NCBI GenBank assembly: GCA_965223325.1
Contig: CBDCWI010000001.1
Span: 192,001-256,000, forward strand
DNA length: 64,000 nucleotides
Origin: Candidatus Multivoradales bacterium
GTDB lineage: Bacteria; Acidobacteriota; Thermoanaerobaculia; Multivoradales; Multivoraceae
Direction of reading: 5' to 3'
The position numbers and the translations under genes were made by a program. How positions within the stretch are numbered: the first letter of the stretch is position 1; every line of letters starts with the position of its first letter. Below, piece after piece: positions 9,754-21,612 of the stretch. Below the pieces are notes generated by a model. It ran no database searches. It had not been told where the DNA came from and saw only the letters and a program-made list of their open reading frames with translations.

Positions 9754-10956
9754 TCAGCGCCCACCAAGAGCGCTGCCCGCTCCCTCGCTGGCAGTCGGTG
9801 CGTAAGTCAGTCGGTAGATCGCGTTCTGGTAGTCGTCGGAAATCAGGAGCGAACCGTCTGGAAGCTCGAGCAGATCGGCGGGGCGCCCCCAGAACTTGCG
9901 CTTGCCACCCTCTGACTCGGCGAGCCAGCCCGCGACCAGCGGCTCGTACGACGTGGGACTGCCGTCGTCCCCCAGGGTGACGGCCGTGATTCGGTAGCCA
10001 ATCGGCACCTTGCGGTTCCACGATCCGTGCTCGGCGATCAACACTGCGCCCCGATAGGCCGCCGGCAACATCGTTCCGCGGTAGAACTTCATACCGATCG
10101 CGGCGGTGTGAGGGGCGAGATTCTGCGCCGGCGGCTGGCTGTCGGTACAGGAGCCGGTGCTGCCCAGTTCGGGATCTTCGATCGCCTTGCCATGGCAGAA
10201 GGGATAGCCGAAGTGAAGCCCCTTCGTGGGTGCGCGGTTGAGCTCGTCGGGCGGTGTGTCTTCGCCGAGCATGTCGCGGCCGTTGTCGGTGAACCACAGT
10301 TCGCCCGTTTCTGGATGCCAATCCATGCCAACCGTGTTTCGAACTCCGCGGGCGAAGACCTCGTAGGTGCCAGTCTCGAGGTCGAGAGCCAGGATGGAGG
10401 CGTAGGGGTCTTCGACCGCGCAGATGTTGCAGGGCGCGCCGACCTGGAACCAGAGCCGGCCCTTCGGACCGAACGCCAGGTACTTCCAGCCGTGATGCGC
10501 CTCCTCGGGAAGGCCCTCGAGGACAACGGCCGGCTCGGGAGGCGAATCGAGCTGGTTGTCGATGTCGTCGAAGCGCAGGATGCGATGGACCTCGGCAACG
10601 TAGAGAGCACCGTCGCGCCAGGCCACACCATTGGGCATGTTGAGCCCCGCAGCGATCTCAATCACCTGGCGTTCGCCTCCTCGATCGACAATGGCGTGCA
10701 CGACGCCCTTCTCCCGGCGCTGCCGGCTGCCGACGAAAACCACCCCGGTGTCGCTGCGGGTCAGCGACCGAGCTCCCTGGACGCCCTCTGCCCAGAGGGA
10801 GATCTCGAAGCCTGGCGGCATCGAGAGAGTGTCGAGCCGCGGGGCAGGAGGTGCGGCCGCGCCCGGCGCGGCGAGGAAGGGGGCCACGGCGAGAGCTCCC
10901 AAGAGCCAGGCGGAGATCGGATGGTTCGCCGATGAGAAGGGATGGGTTCGAGACAT
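9754..10956 (-). CDS. PQQ-dependent sugar/sorbosone dehydrogenase family protein, secreted
   Basis: Signal-like N-terminus; HHGWKY-x2-FGP, VGAPCNIC, GVRNTVG, DNGRD, HGSWNR, GRPAD, LISDD. Confidence 0.9.
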   Translation of the reverse strand: MSRTHPFSSANHPISAWLLGALAVAPFLAAPGAAAPPAPRLDTLSMPPGFEISLWAEGVQGARSLTRSDTGVVFVGSRQRREKGVVHAIVDRGGERQVIEIAAGLNMPNGVAWRDGALYVAEVHRILRFDDIDNQLDSPPEPAVVLEGLPEEAHHGWKYLAFGPKGRLWFQVGAPCNICAVEDPYASILALDLETGTYEVFARGVRNTVGMDWHPETGELWFTDNGRDMLGEDTPPDELNRAPTKGLHFGYPFCHGKAIEDPELGSTGSCTDSQPPAQNLAPHTAAIGMKFYRGTMLPAAYRGAVLIAEHGSWNRKVPIGYRITAVTLGDDGSPTSYEPLVAGWLAESEGGKRKFWGRPADLLELPDGSLLISDDYQNAIYRLTYAPTASEGAGSALGGR

Positions 10957-11181
10957 GTGTTGGCTCCGAAACTGAGGAGAGTCCGTAGGGGATGGACGGA
11001 TAGTAGCGCCCTGTCGCGAGCCGTGTCGGTGCCGGTCAGGGTCGCGAGAGGGTGGTTCGGCGGTTGGGGGAAGTGGAGGCTCGTGCCAAGCGCCACCAAC
11101 CTTGGTAAACTTGTATTCCTGCGCCACCCGCTTCCCGCGCTGCGCACTCACCTCCTCTGACAAGAAGGCCTTCGAACCCCG

Positions 11182-12942
<1,761 letters not shown>

Positions 12943-12970
12943 CCGCAGCCGCGCCCCCGCCCACCCACCA

Positions 12971-13002
12971 CACAGTCGGGGCGACTTTTCAAACGCCGCT
13001 AC
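12971..13002 (-). repeat. REP-like hairpin, left copy
   Basis: Minus strand reads GTAGcggcgtttGAAAAGTCGcccCGACT; perfect AGTCG/CGACT stem at 12974-12986. Confidence 0.55.
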
Positions 13003-13197
13003 GGCGGCGGCGCTGCCGGGGCGCCAGCATCGGCCTCACGGGACCAGTTCCACGCCTCCCGAGACCGTTTCAGCTCTTTCGAAGCGCCCCCAAAGCCACT
13101 CCAGCCCTTTCTGCCACCGCCTAGACGCAGCTCCGCCGGACCCACGTCTCCGCGGGCTGACTGGGCGTCCTGTCGCCTGCATTACCCGCGCTTTGGG

Positions 13198-14157
13198 TCA
13201 GGGGCCGGCACGCACCGCTTGGGCCGTCTCGAAGGGCAGCGGACTCGGAAACGTGCCTTCGGGAAACTTCACATCGGGCTCGCCGGCTCGCTGTCGGTCC
13301 CGCGCCAGCCGATGCGCCCGCCACACCCAGTCAAAAGCTGCCAGCAGTCGCTGCTCCTCATCCTTGTTGCTCGCAATCACCAGCGGACAGGGCCCCAGTG
13401 CCATTGCCTTGGGAGTCCTGAAGGGGCTCAATCGAAGGAGCTTCCACTGGCCCTTCGGCTTCGTACCTTCGCGTTTGTGACGCTCTCGCGTTTCCCGTTC
13501 GATGTCGCGAATCATCTCGCGCACCCACTCGCAGTAGTCCTCGTCGCTCAGGTGGTCAAAGCCCGGGAGCTTCGAAATCACCACCGTTTCCTTCTTCGTG
13601 AAGTCCTTCTTCGTCAAGTGACGCCCAGCCTTCGTACGCTTGGCCCGGCAATAGGCCGTGTGGTCGACCCACTCGCCCTCGAGCTCGAACTTCCCTTCCC
13701 ACAAGGCCCGCGCGACGGTCACCCCAGGCCACTTGAGAGGTGAGGACACAAGGCCCGCCGCACAGCCCTGCGCCAGGACGTAGCGGAAACGCTTCGACGT
13801 ATCGGCAGGGTCGCGCCCGATAAAGGACGGTTTGTAGGGCGTTTCCCACTTCGGGCCCTTCCAGCCATGGCGAATGCGGATCTCGACGCTCGTCTGCTGC
13901 TGGACGCGGTACATGAAGTCCGCCAGCTGCTGGGCGTCTCGTGCACCGACCAGGAAATGGTGGTGGTTGACCTGATAGTCGACGGCGTAGATGGGGATCT
14001 CGGTCTTGCGCTGTGCGCGGCCGATGATGCCGTTCATGTGTGATCGCTGCTCAGAGTCGGGCTTGAGCAGGAAGGTTCCGTTCGTAATGCGGGCGGTCAG
14101 CATGACTGGTTCCGGCCCGCTGTCGGTCGTTGGTACGTATCTCGGTTTTGCTCCCAT
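13198..14157 (-). mobile_element. RAYT-like HUH (Y1) tyrosine transposase, IS200/IS605 superfamily
   Basis: HUH motif VNHHHFLV, GPKW-x2-PY, candidate catalytic Tyr in RYVLAQG-x2-AGLVSSPLKWPG, C-terminal FPEGTF. Lies alone between gspE/pilB and the serine hydrolase gene. Confidence 0.8.
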
Positions 14158-14240
14158 ATGACATGGGACGCAGAACGCCTGCGCAGCCTTGCAGCGAGGC
14201 CACACCGAGCCGAATTACGAGGTTTCGCGAACCGTGACTG

Positions 14241-14262
14241 GTGGCGGGAAAGTCCCCCCGAC
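14241..14262 (+). repeat. REP-like hairpin, right copy 1 (imperfect)
   Basis: GTGGcggGAAAGTCccccCGAC. Confidence 0.5.
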
Positions 14263-14312
14263 GGTGTGCGGGGGATGGGCGCTCGCCGGGGCAGAGGCCC
14301 GGCCCACGGGTT

Positions 14313-14335
14313 GTGGTGGGAAAGTCGGGCCGACT
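14313..14335 (+). repeat. REP-like hairpin, right copy 2
   Basis: GTGGtggGAAAGTCGggcCGACT; perfect AGTCG/CGACT stem, 72 bp after copy 1. Confidence 0.55.
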
Positions 14336-14358
14336 GGCTGCCTGGGGGAGGGTGGGGG

Positions 14359-15702
14359 TTATTGCAGGGCGAACATCAAGGCGTCGAGTAATGCGTCGCG
14401 CAGGTCGGGCTCGTTCTGGTTGATCTGTAGAGCCACCACAATGTCGCTCTCCAGGTGGTAGTACATCGACGAGCGCCAACCTGGAAACCAACCGCCATGA
14501 CCGACCATCGCGCCGATCTCGGAATCGCGATGAAACACACCCAACCCGTAGGTCGCGGAGCGATCGTCGCCGCGATAGCCCGACTCGAGCATCTCCCGCA
14601 GGTAGGGTTCTTCAAAGAGCTTCCCACCGTAGAGGCGCCGCCCCCAGCGGGCGAGGTCACGAGCGTTTGAAATGAAGCCGCCACCGGTGAATTCGGTCCT
14701 CGGGTTGAGTTCCATGACGCCGGCGCGCGAGGAGTCAGCCGGCAGAGAGAAGGAGTTGTCCGGCCCCAGCCAACCGTCCGCCAGACCGTCGTACTCGAGC
14801 CCGATCTGGGCCTCTGTTCGGTCCAAGCGCAGCGGCTCGAGGAAGCGTCGCTCGATTTCGCGGTAGTAACGTCGGTCATCGAAACGAAAAGCGCCGTCAT
14901 CCTCCGAACCCTCATCTTCGATCCCCGACTCACCTTCATCGGGACCCAGCACCTCGAGCAGCACCAGGCCGAGCAGAACATAGCCGGTATCGGTATAGAA
15001 GAAGCCCTCGCCGGCCGGAAACATCGCCTCATCGCCGGCCAGGAAGGCGACCAGCTCGAGCGGTGTGAACCACGCCTCCTGACGCTCGTGCGGCAGTCGC
15101 CGCGCTTCTCTCATCGCGCCGCGGAAACCGGCGTCGAAAACATGGTCACGCAGGCCGCTCGAGTGCGTCAGTAGGTGACGCACGGTCATCGTCTCGTGGT
15201 TCGCCAGGGCCTCGAACCACTCTTCCTCGCCAAACCAGTCCGCAACGCGAGCGTCGAGGTCGAGCCGCCCCTCCTGGGCCAACGCGATCGCAAGCGCCGC
15301 CGCAAATGTCTTACCGATGCTGCCCGCCGGCATGCGCGCTTCTTCGACCATCGCCAGACCGTCTAGAGGTCGCGCGAGGCCTGCCGTCGCCACACCGATC
15401 CGTCCATCGGGAAGCGAAAACGCCGCCACAACTCCTCGAACATCGAACTCTGCTTGGAGTTGAAGAAGTCGGGATCGGAAGCGCTCGAGCTTCGCCGGCA
15501 TCGGATCCTCCGTGGGTGAGTCGACCGCGACCTCATCTCGCGGCGTGCAGGCCACCGGCAGAATCAAGGCGCAACTGGCTACCAACACCGCCGCCAGGAG
15601 CAGCGTTCGCAAACGAACGTGCCGCCACACCTCGCGGCGAGGACTAGAAGACGAATCACGGCCAAGCATGAGAATCAACCCTATCCGCTTCAGACACGCC
15701 AT
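14359..15702 (-). CDS. Serine hydrolase, beta-lactamase class C/D-peptidase family, probable lipoprotein (start uncertain, 15630-15702)
   Basis: SxxK in GSIGKTF, LLTHSSGL, FFYTDTGY, GHGGWFPG; hydrophobic leader ending LPVAC. Confidence 0.85.
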   Translation of the reverse strand: MACLKRIGLILMLGRDSSSSPRREVWRHVRLRTLLLAAVLVASCALILPVACTPRDEVAVDSPTEDPMPAKLERFRSRLLQLQAEFDVRGVVAAFSLPDGRIGVATAGLARPLDGLAMVEEARMPAGSIGKTFAAALAIALAQEGRLDLDARVADWFGEEEWFEALANHETMTVRHLLTHSSGLRDHVFDAGFRGAMREARRLPHERQEAWFTPLELVAFLAGDEAMFPAGEGFFYTDTGYVLLGLVLLEVLGPDEGESGIEDEGSEDDGAFRFDDRRYYREIERRFLEPLRLDRTEAQIGLEYDGLADGWLGPDNSFSLPADSSRAGVMELNPRTEFTGGGFISNARDLARWGRRLYGGKLFEEPYLREMLESGYRGDDRSATYGLGVFHRDSEIGAMVGHGGWFPGWRSSMYYHLESDIVVALQINQNEPDLRDALLDALMFALQ

Positions 15703-15748
15703 GGGCCCGTCGGCTCGCCACCAGTACCCAAACGGCAGGCGAAAACGG

Positions 15749-15754
15749 TAGCCT
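15749..15754 (+). promoter_or_regulatory. Putative -10 box of a leaderless fabI transcript
   Basis: TAGCCT exactly 6 nt before ATG 15761; no Shine-Dalgarno. Confidence 0.4.
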
Positions 15755-15760
15755 GCCTCG

Positions 15761-16555
15761 ATGACTGACCCACAAGAACTCAAAGGCCACGGCCTACTCA
15801 CCGGCAAGCGCGGCCTCATCGTGGGCGTCGCCAATCACCGCTCCATTGCCTGGGGAATCGCCCAGCGCGCCCACGCCGAAGGCGCAGAACTCGGCTTTAC
15901 CTTCCTTGGCGAGGCGCTCGAGCGCCGCGTGCGTCCGCTCGCCGAAAGCATCAACGCCCCCCTCGTCGAACCGCTCGACGTCAACTCCGACGAGCAGATC
16001 GACGCGCTGTTCGCCAAAGTCAAAGAGACCTGGGGTGAGCTCGACTTCCTGGTCCACTCCGTCGCCTTCGCCGACAAGGCCGACCTCGCCGGGCGCACCA
16101 TCGACACTTCACGCGAAGGTTTCACCAGGGCCCTCGAGATCAGCGCCTACTCAATGATCGCGCTGGCGCGCGGCGCCGAACCGCTCATGCCAGCCGGTGG
16201 AAGCATGATCACCATGACCTACTACGGGGCCGTCAAAGCGGTCCCGGCCTACAACGTCATGGGGGTTGCCAAAGCGGCGCTCGAAGCCAGTGTGCGCTAC
16301 CTGGCAATCGACCTGGGCGAAAAGAACATTCGCGTGAACGCCCTCTCGGCTGGACCGATCAAGACGCTCGCCGCTTCAGGCGTCGCCAACTTCCGCTCGA
16401 TGCTCGGCCAGGCGCCGGAACGCGCGCCGCTCAAGCGCAACGTCGACACCGACGACGTCGGCCGCTCGGCGGTCTACCTGCTCTCGGACCTGTCGGCCGG
16501 CGTCACCGGTGAGGTGCACTACGTCGACGCGGGCTTCAGCATCACCGCGATGTGA
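15761..16555 (+). CDS. fabI: Enoyl-ACP reductase
   Basis: [37 protein letters not shown]. Confidence 0.97.
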   Translation: MTDPQELKGHGLLTGKRGLIVGVANHRSIAWGIAQRAHAEGAELGFTFLGEALERRVRPLAESINAPLVEPLDVNSDEQIDALFAKVKETWGELDFLVHSVAFADKADLAGRTIDTSREGFTRALEISAYSMIALARGAEPLMPAGGSMITMTYYGAVKAVPAYNVMGVAKAALEASVRYLAIDLGEKNIRVNALSAGPIKTLAASGVANFRSMLGQAPERAPLKRNVDTDDVGRSAVYLLSDLSAGVTGEVHYVDAGFSITAM

Positions 16556-19230
16556 CCAGGCTCACCGCGCCGCATTCACTCACCTACTGCGCCGCGCCCA
16601 TGCACTTCGCCGCCAGCAGGCATATCGACACGACCCTCGATCAGGAACACCCGCCGATCCGACTGGCGGCGAGAACCCTCTTCGCCTCAGCACTCCTCGT
16701 CACCTTCCCTTCGGTGACATCCCCGCAAGAGCCGTTGCAAGCACCACCCGACCTCACACCTCCAGGCAGCGTCAGAGCACCTGATCTCAACCAGCGACTC
16801 AGAGAGACCCTGGCGCAAGAGATACCCCAGCAACCGCGCACGCAGCACCTCCAGGACGACGGCGCGCCGCGCTTCGCCAACCGCCTGCTGCTCGAAGACT
16901 CCCCTTACCTCCGCCAGCACGCTCACAACCCCGTCGACTGGTTCCCCTGGGGCCCGGAAGCGTTCGAGAAGGCGCGCCTCGAGAACAAGCCGGTGTTTCT
17001 TTCGATTGGCTACTCCACCTGCCACTGGTGCCACGTCATGGAGGAAGAGAGCTTCGACGACCTCGAAGTCGGCCGCTACTTGAACCAGCACTTCGTCGCC
17101 ATAAAGGTCGATCGCGAAACCCATCCGGACATCGACACGCTCTACATGACCGCCCTCCAAGTTCAAGGTCAACGAGGCGGTTGGCCGATGTCGAGTTTCC
17201 TGACTCCAGAGGCCGAACCCTTCTTTGGAGCCACCTACTTTCCACGCCAACAGTTCCTCGACCTGCTCACCCGGGTGCAAGCAGCATGGACCGACAACCG
17301 GCCCCAGGTGATCGCCGACGCCCGCCGCCTGACAGACGCGATCCGCAGGGTCACTGCAACAGCGAACCGTGCTGAGGCGCTGGCCTCGGGTCTCGCCGAG
17401 AAGGCGACCTCTGCGATCATGCGGCGCTACGACGAGGAGCGCGGCGGGTTTTCACCGGCCCCGAAGTTCCCCAACGAGCCCGACATCTTTCTGCTCCTCG
17501 ACCATGCCGAACGCACCGGTGACGAGAGCGTCTGGAACGCCGTCAGCCTGACCCTAGAGCGCATGGCCCGTGGCGGTATCTACGACCAGATCGGCGGCGG
17601 CTTCCACCGCTACTCGACCGACGCCGAGTGGCTGGTACCGCACTTCGAGAAGATGCTCTACAACCAGGCCAACCTGACCCGCATCTACAGCAGGGCCTGG
17701 CTCCTGGAGAAGAACCCGCAGCGCGCCCTCCTCTTCGAACGCACCGTGCGCGACACGCTCGCCTATCTGTTGCGTGACATGGAGAGCCCGGAGGGCGGCT
17801 TCTACTCCGCCACCGACGCCGACAGCAAGACCGCGACCGGCGAGTTCGAAGAGGGCGTCTTCTTCACCTGGACGCCTGAAGACCTGCGCTCGTCCCTGTC
17901 GACGAACGACGCCGAGCTGGCGGCCCATGCCTGGGGCGTTGAAGCAGGCGGCAACTTTGAAGGGCGGACGATCCTCCACCTGGTGCGGCCACTTCCTGAA
18001 ACGGCCGCTCGTGCCCAACTGGAAGTCACCGAGCTTCTCGACAGGCTGTCGGAGATCGCTCTCATCCTGCGCCGTGTCCGCGGCCGGCGCCCGCCACCGC
18101 TTCGCGACGACAAGATCTTGACCGTGTGGAACGGCATGGCGATCACCGCCCTCGCGGAGGCAGCCGAGATCTTCGGCGAGCCACGCTACGAAGAAGCCGC
18201 GCGGCGCGCCGCCGCCTACCTCTGGTCACGCCACCGCATCACCGAGCAAGCCCAGGGGCCCGGCGCACCGTCGGCGGCGGCCCCGCCGCAAGGCACCGGT
18301 GCCGAGCCCCAGACCGTTCGCTTGCGACGCTCCTCCCTCGCCGGCCGTCCTGGCCAGGCACCTGCGGTCCTGGTGCCGGCGGTTCTCGACGACTACGCGG
18401 CCTACGCCGAGGGTCTCCTGGCGCTCTATGACACGACCGGTGAGCCGCGGTGGCTCGAGCGCGCCCAGGCTGTTACCGAGGGCATGAACGAGCTTTTCCG
18501 CGATCCCGAAGGCGGGTACTTCATCACCGCGGCCGACCACCGTCCAGACCTCGCCGGCCCGCTTCTCGCGCGACCGCGCAGCGGACGCGACGGTGCCGAG
18601 CCCTCCGGCGCATCGATGGCAGTAAGAGCCCTGGCCCGCCTGGCGACACGCAGCGAGGCCCCGGGCGCCCGCCATCACGCCGAAGCCGCCCTTGCATCAG
18701 AGGCCAAGAGCATCGAGCAGTACCCAGCGGCGTACTCGTACATGCTGCTCGCAGCGCGCGAACTTCGCGCCGGGGAAACGGGCCACCGGACCTACACCAC
18801 CAACGGCAAGGTGCGTGTCACCAGCCAACTCGAGCGGTCGAGTCGCGGGTCTGTCGCGCAAGCGGTTCAAATCGACATCGAACTCGACATTGCACCCGGA
18901 TGGCATGTGACCTCGAACGATCCGGGCGTTGCCAACCTCCTCCCGGCCCGCGTGGCGGCGGCCGAGCACTGGCAAGTGGCGGACCTGGCCTGGCCCGAGG
19001 CGACTGTGTTGCGCTCCGAAGCCATGGAAGCTCCAGTGCGCGCGTGGGTCGGTCACCAGAACATCCGCGTCACCCTCGAGAGTCGCACCGCGACCCTACC
19101 AACAGACTCATCACGGGTGCACGCCAAACTCGCACTCCAGGTCTGCAACGAAACGATCTGTCTACCACCCGAGAACCTCAGCCTGGCCCCACGCCGGAAG
19201 CGTCGCGCCCCTCTTCACGATCCCGAGTGA
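16552..19230 (+). CDS. YyaL/SSP411 (DUF255) thioredoxin-domain protein with a C-terminal DsbD-N-like domain (start uncertain)
   Basis: [40 protein letters not shown]; C-terminal [11 protein letters not shown]. Confidence 0.88.
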   Translation: MTRLTAPHSLTYCAAPMHFAASRHIDTTLDQEHPPIRLAARTLFASALLVTFPSVTSPQEPLQAPPDLTPPGSVRAPDLNQRLRETLAQEIPQQPRTQHLQDDGAPRFANRLLLEDSPYLRQHAHNPVDWFPWGPEAFEKARLENKPVFLSIGYSTCHWCHVMEEESFDDLEVGRYLNQHFVAIKVDRETHPDIDTLYMTALQVQGQRGGWPMSSFLTPEAEPFFGATYFPRQQFLDLLTRVQAAWTDNRPQVIADARRLTDAIRRVTATANRAEALASGLAEKATSAIMRRYDEERGGFSPAPKFPNEPDIFLLLDHAERTGDESVWNAVSLTLERMARGGIYDQIGGGFHRYSTDAEWLVPHFEKMLYNQANLTRIYSRAWLLEKNPQRALLFERTVRDTLAYLLRDMESPEGGFYSATDADSKTATGEFEEGVFFTWTPEDLRSSLSTNDAELAAHAWGVEAGGNFEGRTILHLVRPLPETAARAQLEVTELLDRLSEIALILRRVRGRRPPPLRDDKILTVWNGMAITALAEAAEIFGEPRYEEAARRAAAYLWSRHRITEQAQGPGAPSAAAPPQGTGAEPQTVRLRRSSLAGRPGQAPAVLVPAVLDDYAAYAEGLLALYDTTGEPRWLERAQAVTEGMNELFRDPEGGYFITAADHRPDLAGPLLARPRSGRDGAEPSGASMAVRALARLATRSEAPGARHHAEAALASEAKSIEQYPAAYSYMLLAARELRAGETGHRTYTTNGKVRVTSQLERSSRGSVAQAVQIDIELDIAPGWHVTSNDPGVANLLPARVAAAEHWQVADLAWPEATVLRSEAMEAPVRAWVGHQNIRVTLESRTATLPTDSSRVHAKLALQVCNETICLPPENLSLAPRRKRRAPLHDPE

Positions 19231-19235
19231 ACTGG

Positions 19236-20579
19236 TCACGGGATGCACCCTCCCCTGGGCGAGGAACTCGCGACCGGCCGACCGGTCACGCCGCCATCGC
19301 GCAGGTCGGTGATCACCCAGGGTTCGAGATCCCTGTTCCCTGGCCTCAATTCCTCCGCCTCAGCGAAGACTCGCAGGTAGTTGTCGCTGGTCCCGCGACG
19401 GACGCCGTCACGCTCGTCCTCCCAGAGCACCTCGACCGTCTCGCCGATCTGCGAACGGTGAAAGTCGACCTCTCGGACCCGCCCCACTTCGAGCATCCGA
19501 CCCATGCGCGCCTTGATCTCTCCTGGCTCGACAGGGTCCTGCATGTCGAAGGCCGAAGTTCCCGCGCGCGGCGAGTAGGCAAAGGCGTGGACCTTGGCAA
19601 AGCTCATCCGATCGACGAACGCGAGGCTCGCTTCGAAGTCGCGCGCACTCTCACCCGGGAACCCAACGATCACATCGGTGGTAACCGCCAGACCGCTGAC
19701 CTCCCGCCGGAGACGTGCCACCAGTGAGGCAAACTTCTCGCCGGTGTACGGCCGCTGCATACGTTCGAGTGTCTCATCACAACCGCTCTGCAGCGAGAGA
19801 TGAACGTGTCGACAGATGCGCGGGTCGCCGAGAAGCTCGAAGAGGCGCTCATCGAACTGCCACGGGGCGATCGAAGTCAGCCGAATGCGCGCACCCCTGG
19901 TCTCATCAAGCAGCCGCTCCACCAGGTCCACCAGCCGTGTCGTCTGTTGGGCGCCGTCGCGATGGCGGTAGGCAGAGATCTGAACCCCGGTGATCACGAT
20001 CTCTCGGACGCCCAGACCGGCGATGGAGCGAAACTCGGCCAAGACTTCTTCAGGGGAGCGCGACACCTGCGACCCCCGCACCAGAGGAATGACGCAGAAC
20101 GAGCAGCGCATGTTGCAGCCGTCCTCGATCTTGAGAGCCGCCCGCGTATGCGCGGTTGGCAGAGGCACGTAGGACACCGGCACCTCAACCGTGGCTTCGC
20201 CGCAAGACGTGGCCGGGTCGGTTTCGACCCATTCCGGGAACGCCTCGCAGACCAGCTCGTACAGTCGGCGCTTCTCTCGGTTGGGCACCACCAGATCGAC
20301 TCCGGCAAGAGCCACGGCCTCTTCGCTCGAGCCCGTGGCATAGCAGCCGGTCATCACCGTGCGCACCGGCGTAGGCCGCGCGAGCCGCCCGCCCCGCCGA
20401 GCGACCTTGCGCGAGTCACGCGCCGCCTTGTGGGTCACCGTGCAGCTGTTGACAACGTGCAGATCGGCGAGCTCCAGCGCACCAACGACCTGGTGACCTG
20501 CGGCGACGAAAGAGCGCACGAATGCCTCAGTTTCGGCCTGATTGAGCTTGCAGCCGAGATTGGTGAAATAGACGTTCAT
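19236..20579 (-). CDS. mtaB: tRNA methylthiotransferase, MtaB-like radical SAM
   Basis: LGCKLNQAE, VNSCTVT, GCYA, CNMRCSFC, HLSLQSG, DVIVGFPGE, YSPRAGT. Confidence 0.85.
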   Translation of the reverse strand: MNVYFTNLGCKLNQAETEAFVRSFVAAGHQVVGALELADLHVVNSCTVTHKAARDSRKVARRGGRLARPTPVRTVMTGCYATGSSEEAVALAGVDLVVPNREKRRLYELVCEAFPEWVETDPATSCGEATVEVPVSYVPLPTAHTRAALKIEDGCNMRCSFCVIPLVRGSQVSRSPEEVLAEFRSIAGLGVREIVITGVQISAYRHRDGAQQTTRLVDLVERLLDETRGARIRLTSIAPWQFDERLFELLGDPRICRHVHLSLQSGCDETLERMQRPYTGEKFASLVARLRREVSGLAVTTDVIVGFPGESARDFEASLAFVDRMSFAKVHAFAYSPRAGTSAFDMQDPVEPGEIKARMGRMLEVGRVREVDFHRSQIGETVEVLWEDERDGVRRGTSDNYLRVFAEAEELRPGNRDLEPWVITDLRDGGVTGRPVASSSPRGGCIP

Positions 20580-20745
20580 CGGTGTGGGTTCTATCGCTGT
20601 GGGGAGCGGCCGCCAAGAATAACCGGTAGCCCGGCCTCGCAACCGTTGCGGGTCGCGCGCCAGCCAACCCCGCTCGAGCCAACCTGCCGCCGCCCCAAGA
20701 ACCCGCAGAACGCCCCGCGCTTCATCGACCGACCCGGAGACCTCA

Positions 20746-21414
20746 ATGCACGCTGCCGCGCCACGCCGCTCCACCCTGAACGCCACCGCGATCGCCGCCC
20801 TGGTTGTCACTCTCGCAAGCTTCGCTGGCGCCGCCAGCGCCCAGCAGCAGCTCAACCGCTTCGAGCTCTCTCCACAGTTCGGGCTCCAGTTTCAGGGCGA
20901 GTACGAGTTCGACGACGTCGACTTCGGTTACACCCGTATCGAAGTCGACTCCAGCGAGACCTTCGGCGTGACCTTCGATATCCCGGTCAGTCGATCGCTC
21001 TCGGTCGAGCTCTTCGCCGCCCGCCAGGAGACCGAACTCGAGATCACCGAGGGCGTCGGCCAACTCGCCGATCCCGACGTCACGTTCGACTTCTACCACG
21101 TCGGTATCCAGTGGCAACCCCCTCTTGGCCAGGTCAAGCCGTTCTTCGTCGCCACCGTAGGTGCCACCAAGATCGACCCTGGCATCACCGAGATCGACAC
21201 TGAGTATCAGCCCTCGCTGTCGGTTGGCGGCGGCGTCAAGCTGATGTTCTCCGAGAACCTGGGCCTGCGCCTCGAAGGCCGCCTGATGGTGACCAGCCTG
21301 GACGACGGCTTCGATGACGGATACGACGACTACCGTTGTTGCCGCCGCCGCGACTACGACAACGACAACATCGCCCAGGGCCGAGTGGCTGCGGGCCTGG
21401 TGTTCGCCTTTTGA
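20746..21414 (+). CDS. Small outer-membrane beta-barrel protein (OmpA-TM/OmpW-like)
   Basis: Signal peptide ending ASA-QQ, alternating beta-strand pattern, C-terminal GLVFAF beta-signal. Confidence 0.85.
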   Translation: MHAAAPRRSTLNATAIAALVVTLASFAGAASAQQQLNRFELSPQFGLQFQGEYEFDDVDFGYTRIEVDSSETFGVTFDIPVSRSLSVELFAARQETELEITEGVGQLADPDVTFDFYHVGIQWQPPLGQVKPFFVATVGATKIDPGITEIDTEYQPSLSVGGGVKLMFSENLGLRLEGRLMVTSLDDGFDDGYDDYRCCRRRDYDNDNIAQGRVAAGLVFAF

Positions 21415-21427
21415 TGCCCACCCCAGG

Positions 21428-21448
21428 CCCTCAGAGACCCCCTGAGGG
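21428..21448. terminator. Hairpin downstream of the OMP gene
   Basis: ccctcag-agacccc-ctgaggg inverted repeat; only a weak U tail. Confidence 0.35.
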
Positions 21449-21473
21449 GCTTCTGAGAGGCTCTGGCCACTCT

Positions 21474-21511
21474 CAGCACTCGATAGCCAAAACAGCACTC
21501 AATAGCCAAAA
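21474..21511 (+). repeat. 19-bp tandem direct repeat x2 upstream of parA-1
   Basis: CAGCACTCGATAGCCAAAA / CAGCACTCAATAGCCAAAA (1 mismatch), followed by an AT-rich tract. Confidence 0.9.
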
Positions 21512-21612
21512 TCTAATATATCGAGTATTACTAGACTTTAGAGGCTCTGATTGCTAGTCTGAAGGGATGGACCGCCTACCCGGCGATCCGCCCTCAGGCC
21601 AAGGAGCAGAGC

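Noticed and set aside
11065-11090. Sigma-54 promoter (TTGGCACG on the minus strand)
   Set aside because: No GC/TTGC at the -12 position.
18450-19727. 425-aa alternative-frame ORF spanning yyaL/mtaB
   Set aside because: Arg/Pro-rich off-frame translation overlapping two well-supported genes.
21474-21511. CRISPR array or plasmid origin
   Set aside because: Two abutting repeats with no spacer, no cas or rep gene, and chromosomal housekeeping context.
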